Source of the DNA: Planctomycetota bacterium
GTDB lineage: Bacteria; Planctomycetota; B15-G4; SIAN01
Assembly: GCA_031409275.1 (NCBI GenBank)
Contig: JANNXA010000040.1
Location: 128,001-192,000, forward strand
Direction of reading: 5' to 3'
DNA: 64,000 nt
Positions 1-7,154 of the stretch are shown one piece after another. The notes beneath the pieces are model-generated. The model was not told where the DNA came from. It saw nothing but the letters and a program-made list of their open reading frames with translations, and did not search any database. Within the stretch, counting starts at the first letter, position 1; the number at the start of each line of letters is the position of its first letter. A program made the translations under genes and the position numbers.

Positions 1-629
1 AGCACGGCCACCGTCGCCGTCGAGGTGTGGATACGCCCTTGCGTCTCCGTCGTCGGCACTCGCTGCACGCGATGGACGCCGCTCTCGAAGCGCAACGAGT
101 CGTAGACCGCTTCGCCTTCGATCGACGCCACGTACTCCCGGAACCCGCCGACGTCACTGCGCGAGCTCGCGATCTCCTCGAAACGGAAGCCCCGGCGCTC
201 GGCGAAGCGCCGGTACATCCGCACCAGATCAGCCGCGAAGAGCGACGCCTCGTCGCCCCCCGTGCCGGCCCGGACCTCGAGGATGATGTTGCGGTCGGAC
301 AGCTCGTGCCGCGCGAGCAGCTCGCTCTGCAGCTCTTCGCCGAGCGCCGCCGCCTGCACGTCGCATTGCTGCGCTTCCGCGACGGCGAGCTCATGCAGTT
401 CGCCGTCGCCCTCTGCGGCGGCCAACGCACGCGACTCCGCTGCGGTTCGCTCGATGCGAAGCAACTCGCCGAATCGGCGCATGCGCCGTTCGAGCTGACC
501 GCTCTCGACGAGGAGCGACCGCAATCGCGCCGGATCGCGGGCGAGGTCAGGTCGGCCGAGCTGCGCCTGCAGCTCGGCGTGGTGCTGCGCCTCCGCCTCC
601 AGGAGCGCCCGGACGGACGGGTGCAGCAT
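1..629 (-). CDS. prfA: Peptide chain release factor 1 (3' part runs off the window)
   Basis: Manual minus-strand translation from ATG at 629 gives ...RFESGVHRVQRVPTTETQGRIHTSTATVAV (RF1 PxT motif); lies downstream of rpmE. Confidence 0.95.
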   Translation of the reverse strand, partial: MLHPSVRALLEAEAQHHAELQAQLGRPDLARDPARLRSLLVESGQLERRMRRFGELLRIERTAAESRALAAAEGDGELHELAVAEAQQCDVQAAALGEELQSELLARHELSDRNIILEVRAGTGGDEASLFAADLVRMYRRFAERRGFRFEEIASSRSDVGGFREYVASIEGEAVYDSLRFESGVHRVQRVPTTETQGRIHTSTATVAV

Positions 630-638
630 CGTGAGACG

Positions 639-875
639 TCAGGCCGTCGGCTTGGCGTCGGCCTTCGCGCTACCGTCGCCCTTGCCATAGCGGCGCAGGA
701 ACTTCTCGACGCGGCCGGCGGTGTCGACGAACTTCTGCTTGCCCGTATAGAACGGGTGGCACGCCGAGCAGATTTCGACGCTGATCTTCGGCTTGGTGGC
801 GCGCGTGGTGAACGCGTTGCCGCAACCGCAGGTGACCGCGCACTCGACGTACTTCGGATGGATGTCGGACTTCAT
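639..875 (-). CDS. rpmE: 50S ribosomal protein L31 (zinc-binding type)
   Basis: MKSDIHPKY...CGCGN...[26 protein letters not shown]; start set at ATG 875. Confidence 0.97.
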   Translation of the reverse strand: MKSDIHPKYVECAVTCGCGNAFTTRATKPKISVEICSACHPFYTGKQKFVDTAGRVEKFLRRYGKGDGSAKADAKPTA

Positions 876-975
876 TTCGGTTCGACCTCTTGGCGTGGGC
901 GCACGGCGGTCGCCGCCGCGCGTTTCCACGAATGGTTCAATCAAGTTCTACTTCGCCGCGTTCGGGCGGCGCCGC

Positions 976-1479
976 TCAGGACTGGTCTTCGCCCGGCACG
1001 AGATCCCCGATCCAGGTCGGCAGGACGATGATGTCGCCCGCCTTGACGCCATGTTGCGCGAACCAGCCCTGCGTCATCTCGAGCGCGAGTCGGACCGCGG
1101 CGTGCGACGCCTGGCCCGACTCGTCGAACGGCTCCATGTCCGCGATGTTGACGATCCGACCCTTGCCGTCGGGCAGCTCTTCGATGAAGGCGATCGAGAG
1201 CGGGATGGCGGTATTGCGCATCCAGAAGTTGAGGATGCGCGGCGCCGGATAGACGAACAACATGCCGTGATCGGTGGGAAGCGCCTTGCGGTGCATCAAT
1301 CCGAGCTGGCGCGATTCCGACTTGTCGGAGACTTCGACGACGACCTTCTTGCCGCCGAGCTCGAACACCTTGCCGGCATCGTGCGCCTGCAGCGGCTGGT
1401 ACTCATGCTGGCACCCCGGCGCCGTGAAGACGGCGACAGCGGCGACGAGCGCGATCAAAGTGGCGCGAAGCGCGTGCAT
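976..1479 (-). CDS. DUF192 family lipoprotein
   Basis: GLMHR...GMLFVY...FWMRNTAIPLSIAFI...ALE; signal-like N-terminus ending in Cys. Confidence 0.88.
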   Translation of the reverse strand: MHALRATLIALVAAVAVFTAPGCQHEYQPLQAHDAGKVFELGGKKVVVEVSDKSESRQLGLMHRKALPTDHGMLFVYPAPRILNFWMRNTAIPLSIAFIEELPDGKGRIVNIADMEPFDESGQASHAAVRLALEMTQGWFAQHGVKAGDIIVLPTWIGDLVPGEDQS

Positions 1480-1560
1480 GTTCGTGCAACCCCGGCGGGC
1501 GTGGAAAAGGGCGCGGACGATACGCCCCGCCGGACGCTTTGACAATCGAGCGGGCGCCCC

Positions 1561-2166
1561 TCAGGCGCGGAGCGCTTGCCGGAGCGCCTCCGCGAGGGAT
1601 CGCACCAGATCGACGGGCAGCCCCACGACGTTGTCGACCGCACCCTCCATTCGTTCCAGGAAACGGGCCGCGCCGCCCTGGATCGCGTAGGAGCCCGACT
1701 TGCCTCGCGGCTCGCCGCTTTGGACGTAGGCGGCGACCTCGGCGGTCGTCAGCGGCCGGAAGGTGACGGTCGTGGTGGCGACGCCGTCGACTCCCAGCAG
1801 GCGCGCATGGCCGACGTGCAGCAGCGCCACCCCGGTGTGAACTCGATGCGAACGGCCACCAAGTCGAGCGAGCATCGCGCGCGCATCGGCATCGTCGACC
1901 GGCTTGCCGAGAAGTTCGCCATCGAGGTCGATCACCGTGTCGGCGGCGAGCAGCGTCCCGCGCACGCCGCGCGCAGCGACCGCGACGGCCTTGCGGCGCG
2001 CCAGCACGCGAACGGCGTCGTTCAGCGGCCCCGCTGGCGGAGTCTCGTCCACATCGGCGGCGACGACCGTGAAGGGCTCATGGACGGTCGCCATCAGCGT
2101 GCGGCGCTGCGGGGAGCCCGAGGCCAGCACCCAAGGGGCGAGCGAGTCGACGGAGGATGCGATCAC
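1561..2166 (-). CDS. maf: Maf family nucleoside-triphosphate pyrophosphatase
   Basis: VLASGSPQRR, ADTVI, LGKP, GKSGSYAIQG, NVVGLP; GTG start inferred. Confidence 0.92.
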   Translation of the reverse strand: MIASSVDSLAPWVLASGSPQRRTLMATVHEPFTVVAADVDETPPAGPLNDAVRVLARRKAVAVAARGVRGTLLAADTVIDLDGELLGKPVDDADARAMLARLGGRSHRVHTGVALLHVGHARLLGVDGVATTTVTFRPLTTAEVAAYVQSGEPRGKSGSYAIQGGAARFLERMEGAVDNVVGLPVDLVRSLAEALRQALRA

Positions 2167-2887
2167 CTTGCTCTTCCAGGAGTCGCGCCGCCTTGAGTTC
2201 AGCCGAGAGCCGGCCGGGCTCGAGCGCAAGAGCGCGACGATAGCTGGCGAGCGCCTCCTCCTCGCGACCGGCGCAATGGAGGAAATCGGCGCACGCCTCG
2301 TGAACCCCCGCGTGTTCCGGCAGCCGCTCGCGCGCGCGCAGGAACAGCTCGAGTCCGCGCGCCGGCTCGCCCGCGTAGAGCAGCAACGGGTGCAGCATCT
2401 CGTAGAGCTCATGGTCGCGACAGCCGCCTGCTTCGATTCGCAGGAGTCGCGCCAACGCGAACTGCAGCTCATGGTGGCGCAACTCGAGGCGCGCGCGCAT
2501 CAGATTGGCGGCGAGGTCGTCGGGCGTGACTGCGAGCGCGGCGTCGAGCGCCTGGCACGCGCCCCCCTCGTCCCCGACGGCCAGCCGCAACTGCGCCAAC
2601 GCGACCTGCACCGGCACGACGCGCGGCGCGACGACCGCCGCCTGCGCCAGCAGGAGCAGCGCCTGATCGCGATCGCCGAGGCCTTGCGCGATGCGCCCGC
2701 GACAGAAGAGCGAGAGGGCCGCGGAATCGTCGTTCACCGCGGGACCACCGGCACCGGGCCCGCTGGAAGCGACCGTCGTCGCATCGGCGGCCGTGCGACA
2801 GCTCACCGCTCCCGACAGCAGGAGCAGGAGGACGCTCGGCCGCACACGGCGCAGCGGCAGCAGCACGGCGAACTGGAGTCGCGACAT
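2078..2887 (-). CDS. TPR-containing lipoprotein
   Basis: LLLLLSGAVSC lipobox-like segment, then TPR-like helices (ALASYRRALALEP); overlaps the maf start. Confidence 0.7.
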   Translation of the reverse strand: MSRLQFAVLLPLRRVRPSVLLLLLSGAVSCRTAADATTVASSGPGAGGPAVNDDSAALSLFCRGRIAQGLGDRDQALLLLAQAAVVAPRVVPVQVALAQLRLAVGDEGGACQALDAALAVTPDDLAANLMRARLELRHHELQFALARLLRIEAGGCRDHELYEMLHPLLLYAGEPARGLELFLRARERLPEHAGVHEACADFLHCAGREEEALASYRRALALEPGRLSAELKAARLLEEQGDRILRRLARPLGAGLGLPAAPHADGDRP

Positions 2888-3137
2888 GCGCGATGACGTA
2901 CCACTTCTGTTCCGCTCCGTGGGCGGCAGCGCCGGGCAATCCGCGCGCAGCGGAAGGAGATTCCTGTCGCGGCGCGGTTCGCGGGCTAAAGCTCGCCCGC
3001 CGCGCTCGCTCTCGCCTGGCCACGCCCCATCGACCGCACGTGAGGTACGCTCCGCGGCCTGACCTGAGAACGTTCGTTCACCCGACCGGCGCCCCGCGTC
3101 GCTGCGCGACGGCGATTCCCCTACGGAGTCTGCATCG

Positions 3138-4892
3138 ATGCTCACCCCCGCACTCGCCCTGATGTTGGGCAGCTTCGCGATGTCGGACTCCCCTTCACCG
3201 AGTGCGGCCGCGCCAGCGGCGGTCGGTCGAGCGCGACGCGCCGGCGAGACGTTGCGCGATCGCGTGCTGCTCAAGCTGACGGCCGATGCGGCCACCCGCG
3301 CGGCAACGGCCACGCCGACGCGGTTCGGACTCGCGGCGCTCGATCGCGTGCTGGCCGAGGTCGGCACGACGCGCGTGCGACCGGTCTTCGCTCGCCCACC
3401 GCGAGGACGCAAGGAGCCCGCCGCGGCCGCGGCGCTCGGCATCGACCGCTGGTTCCGCGTCGAGTTCGGACGTGACGTCGCCGACCTCGACGCGATCGTC
3501 GCTCGGTTCGCCAGGCTCGGCGTCGTCGAAGTCGCCGAGCTCGATCGAGTGGTGCTGCCGGCCGTCGTGCCGAGCGATCCCGACTACGTCGGTTCGCAGT
3601 GGTCGCTGCAGCCCGCGAAGAGCAACGCCGAAGGGGCCTGGGATACGGTCACCGACGCGAGCGGACTGCTGGTCTGCGTGATCGACACCGGCGTGCAGAC
3701 GACCCATCCCGACATCGTGGCGAACCTCTGGACCAATCCCGGCGAGATCGCCGGCAACGGAATCGACGACGAAGCCAACGGCTTCATCGATGACGTGAAC
3801 GGCTGGAACTTCCTGCTCGACAACAACGACGTCTGGGACAACTGGCCGCACGGCATGCACGTGAACGGCATCATCGGCGCGGCTGGCGACAACGCGACGC
3901 AGGTCACCGGCATCGCGTGGAAGTGCCAGTTGGTGCAGGGAAAGATCTTCGACCAGGGCACGGGCACCTGGGAGGCGGGTGCGGCCGCGACCGTCTACGC
4001 CGCCGACCTCGGCGCCAGCATCACCAACAACTCCTGGGGCGACACCGTCGCCGGACCGCAAGTCTTCGACGACGCGCGCGTCTACGCCGACGCAGCCGAC
4101 GTGCTGCAGGTCGCGGCCGCTGGCAACCAGGGCAACACCAACCCGTTCTGGCCGGCCTACTACGACGACTTCCTCTCGGTGGCCTCGACCCATTCAGGTG
4201 ATGGCCTCTCGGGCTTCTCCTCGCATGGCGATTGGATCGACATGTCGGCGCCAGGCGAGGGGATCTGGAACCTCTGGGTGAATGGCGGCACGGCATCGCT
4301 GTCGGGCACGTCGATGGCCTCGCCCCACGTCGCCGGCGCCGCTGCGCTGGTGCGCACCATCAATCCGCAGCTCGACGCCAACGAGACTCGCCTCACGCTC
4401 CGCCTCCACGGGGACGACCTTGGCACGCCCGGCTTCGACAACGACTTCGGCTTCGGTCGCCTCGACATCGCCGAGGCGGTCGCGGCCGCGCGCGCCCTCT
4501 CGCTGTCCAAGCAGTCCGCGATTCGCCCCGACAGCGTCGATCTCCTCCTCGACGCTCCGAGCGAGGCGGGCATGTACCACGTGCTGCTCGCCGGCATCTC
4601 GGGCAACGAGCCCGGAATCGAGCTCGCCGACTTCGATCCGGCGGACGCCCGCCTCTTTCCAATCCAGGAGGACCTGCTGCTCGACCTGATCGCCGCCGAT
4701 CCGTACTTCCCGCTCCTGCCGAACTGGTTCGACCTGCTCGACGCATCGGGCCAGGCGACTCGCACGTTCAGCGTCCTGAAGGGGAAGTTCTTCAAGAACC
4801 AGCGCGTGTCGCTCTGCTTCTGCACGCTCGACCCGGCCGACCTCAGCAAGATCCGCTTCGTCTCGGCGCCGGTGCATTTCGACGTTCAGTGA
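3138..4892 (+). CDS. S8 (subtilisin-like) serine peptidase, probably secreted
   Basis: Catalytic triad motifs VIDTG, HGMHVNG, SGTSMASPHVAG; oxyanion AAAGN. Confidence 0.95.
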   Translation: MLTPALALMLGSFAMSDSPSPSAAAPAAVGRARRAGETLRDRVLLKLTADAATRAATATPTRFGLAALDRVLAEVGTTRVRPVFARPPRGRKEPAAAAALGIDRWFRVEFGRDVADLDAIVARFARLGVVEVAELDRVVLPAVVPSDPDYVGSQWSLQPAKSNAEGAWDTVTDASGLLVCVIDTGVQTTHPDIVANLWTNPGEIAGNGIDDEANGFIDDVNGWNFLLDNNDVWDNWPHGMHVNGIIGAAGDNATQVTGIAWKCQLVQGKIFDQGTGTWEAGAAATVYAADLGASITNNSWGDTVAGPQVFDDARVYADAADVLQVAAAGNQGNTNPFWPAYYDDFLSVASTHSGDGLSGFSSHGDWIDMSAPGEGIWNLWVNGGTASLSGTSMASPHVAGAAALVRTINPQLDANETRLTLRLHGDDLGTPGFDNDFGFGRLDIAEAVAAARALSLSKQSAIRPDSVDLLLDAPSEAGMYHVLLAGISGNEPGIELADFDPADARLFPIQEDLLLDLIAADPYFPLLPNWFDLLDASGQATRTFSVLKGKFFKNQRVSLCFCTLDPADLSKIRFVSAPVHFDVQ

Positions 4893-4954
4893 GGTGACGG
4901 ACGGGAGGCGGGGTCGGGAAGGGCGCCTCCGAAGGGCGCCTCGGGCTCTCCTGA

Positions 4955-5170
4955 TGGCGCGAAGCGAACCGCGAAGTCGACTTCGTCGCCCGCGCCGGCA
5001 AGACGCTGCTGGCGATCGAAGTGAGAAGCGGCGCCGCGAAGGGCGCGCCGCCGGGCCTGACCGCGTTCACCGCGAAGTTCCGCGGCGCGAAGGTACTGCA
5101 AGTCGGCGGCAGCGACGGCGTGTCGCTCGAAGATCTCTTGGCGAGCGAGGTGGAGACGTGGTTGGCGGGT
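4955..5170 (+). pseudogene. C-terminal remnant of an AAA ATPase / DUF4143-type protein
   Basis: After in-frame TGA at 4952: WREANREVDFVARAGKTLLAIEVRSG..., the EVDF...AIEVK tail of this family; no ATPase part upstream. Confidence 0.65.
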
Positions 5171-5193
5171 TGGGGGGGGAAGTCCCGGGCGCG

Positions 5194-5414
5194 CTACGGC
5201 GCGCTGCCGCCGCCCGTCTCGAGGGTGACACGGCTCCCAACGCCGCGTTCGGGCCGGTAGTGCAGCAGCTCGAACCCGGTCACTCGGCCCGATGCGTGCT
5301 TCATCAGGACGACCTCGCGCGTCGTCTCCTCGCAGATCGCCTCCTTGGTGGGGTCGTCGGTCCAAATCGTGAGCGTGTGACCGGCGAGATCGTGAAACAC
5401 CCGGCCTTGTCCAT
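5194..5414 (-). pseudogene. DUF2283 family antitoxin-like gene, frameshifted near its start
   Basis: RVFHDLAGHTLTIWTDDP..E.ICEET..EVVLMK...GRVTGFE; ATG GAC AAG at 5414 is one base out of frame with the body. Confidence 0.65.
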
Positions 5415-5491
5415 GTCCGCTCCCCCACCTTGATCGCATCGGTCGGATCGGCCGTGATCAAGGACCCGCCAGCCCCTTCCGGCCGAACCAC
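5405..5491 (-). pseudogene. C-terminal remnant of the toxin-like partner of DUF2283 (DUF4258-like)
   Basis: LITADPTDAIKVGERTW resembles the ITAY.TD.IK.G..W tail of these partners and overlaps the DUF2283 ATG. Confidence 0.5.
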
Positions 5492-5643
5492 CGGCGGCCC
5501 TCGCCGCCGCGTTTCGCTCCCTGAGGCGTCCGAACGGAGCGCCGCCGTGATCTAGGCCTACTCAGACTCGCGCAACCTGCGAACGTACGCTAAGAGATGC
5601 CCCCCTCGCGCGACCGAATCCGCCGCTGCCCGTCGGAGGTTGG

Positions 5644-6030
5644 ATGGACGCTCACGACCCTTGGTGGCTTCGATCGACCCTCAACGCCAAAGCTGCGCGG
5701 CGTCTGACGACGATGGAGCCGAAGCTCTGCGTTCCGGCGGCGTCGCGGACCTACTACGCGCTGTTCCAGGCATGCATCGCTCACTTCGAAGCTGCCGGGA
5801 AGCAGGCGTCCGATTTCGGATCGAACGAGCAGCGGTGGCGCCACACGCCGGTCATGAACAACCTCAACGCGGTGCCGCGACTTTGCGCGCTTGGGAAGCA
5901 CCTCAAGTCCCTGTTCATCAAGCTGCGAAGTCGACGCGAGAATGCCGACTACGGCCCGGAGCTGCCGGAAGACGACGACGTGATCGCCGATCTCCACGAA
6001 CTGGAACGACTCCTCCCTCAACTCAAATGA
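5644..6030 (+). CDS. HEPN domain protein (putative RNase toxin)
   Basis: ASRTYYALFQ and LRSRRENADYG (R-x4-Y type HEPN motif); 128 aa; GGAGG RBS at 5635-5639. Confidence 0.8.
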   Translation: MDAHDPWWLRSTLNAKAARRLTTMEPKLCVPAASRTYYALFQACIAHFEAAGKQASDFGSNEQRWRHTPVMNNLNAVPRLCALGKHLKSLFIKLRSRRENADYGPELPEDDDVIADLHELERLLPQLK

Positions 6031-6043
6031 ACCCGCGCCGCCG

Positions 6044-6619
6044 ATGAATGACCACCCTTCAATCGCCGAGCTCATCCTCAGTCGTTTTCGCGACGAGCGG
6101 TTCGGCCTCGACGTGACTGCCTGCCACGGAGTCGACCCTGAGACCGGCAACTCTCGGATCGAGATCCACGCGTTCCACGACGGTCGGGGCGATCGCCGTT
6201 CCGTCGAATCCCAGTTCTTCGACACCCTTGCCTCCATCGATCTCTCGGGTCAGACGGTTGATGTCGCCGGCGAACTCCACCCTGCGACGGCTACGACAGC
6301 TATCCGCGCTTCCGTGATCGCGCGAGAACTCATCCCGTCGTACATCGCGCTGCGCGCGGAGCCCTGCGCAGCGCAGCCCATCCGAGACAGATGGAGTCTT
6401 TCGTCGATCCGGACGGGAACGGCATCGCTCGAATCGAGGTCGACACATCGCATCGACTTTGCGATCCGCGATCTCTCCTCGACCGTCTTGGTAGATCTCG
6501 GCCCCCACGCTTCTAGTGGCGCATCACTCGCATGGCGTTTCAGTGGTCCACATCGTTGGACCCTGGCTTCAGACGCTGTGAACTCGCGAGACGGCAGCGA
6601 ACTCGGAGCCGCCGCATGA
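6044..6619 (+). CDS. Hypothetical protein, putative antitoxin with a degron-like C-terminus
   Basis: 191 aa between HEPN and SecB-like genes; stop overlaps the next ATG (ATGA at 6616); ends DAVNSRDGSELGAAA. Confidence 0.65.
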   Translation: MNDHPSIAELILSRFRDERFGLDVTACHGVDPETGNSRIEIHAFHDGRGDRRSVESQFFDTLASIDLSGQTVDVAGELHPATATTAIRASVIARELIPSYIALRAEPCAAQPIRDRWSLSSIRTGTASLESRSTHRIDFAIRDLSSTVLVDLGPHASSGASLAWRFSGPHRWTLASDAVNSRDGSELGAAA

Positions 6620-7101
6620 GTTCCGCTCCAAGAGCGACAGAAGGTTTCAAGGTCCACGCGATCTTGCTCGAGCGCTCGAGTTTCGCGCGGCACCTGCAAG
6701 CCGAGTCCAAGTCAGGGACGTCCGGTGCGCAAGGACACTTCGATCTCGACGTGAAGCGGAACCTGCCGCCGACCCCCATCACTCGCCGATTCACTGAGTC
6801 ATTGACCGTCACCGCACGGGGACTCATCGGAAGCGTCGAGACTTGGAGAGCGGAAGCGACCTACCTCGGCGAATTCGAACTCGCCGAGGACTCCGAGGTG
6901 TCGATCGAGTCAGCGACCACCGTTCATGTCCCCGCACTCCTTTACGGATTCGCCCGCGAGCATCTCGCCGACCTCACCCGCAGGTCGCTCGTCGGCCAGC
7001 TGATGCTGCCGCCGATGCGATTCGTCGAAGACGAGGCGCAAGCGGAAACGGTGGCGGACGTTCCGGTGCCCACCGCCAAGAAGCAGCCGCGCAAGCGGTG
7101 A
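6616..7101 (+). CDS. SecB-like chaperone
   Basis: ILLERSSF...EATYLGEFEL...VPALLYGFAREHLADLTRR...LMLPPMRF matches the SecB P.lL.PF.RE..A..T.R.....L.LPP.NF signature. Confidence 0.85.
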   Translation: MSSAPRATEGFKVHAILLERSSFARHLQAESKSGTSGAQGHFDLDVKRNLPPTPITRRFTESLTVTARGLIGSVETWRAEATYLGEFELAEDSEVSIESATTVHVPALLYGFAREHLADLTRRSLVGQLMLPPMRFVEDEAQAETVADVPVPTAKKQPRKR

Positions 7102-7154
7102 CCGCGTACCCGGCAGTTAGGAGCTGGGAACCGCGCCGCGCCGGCGCCCCAACG

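Noticed and set aside
27..1031. 334-aa plus-strand ORF
   Set aside because: Antisense to prfA and rpmE
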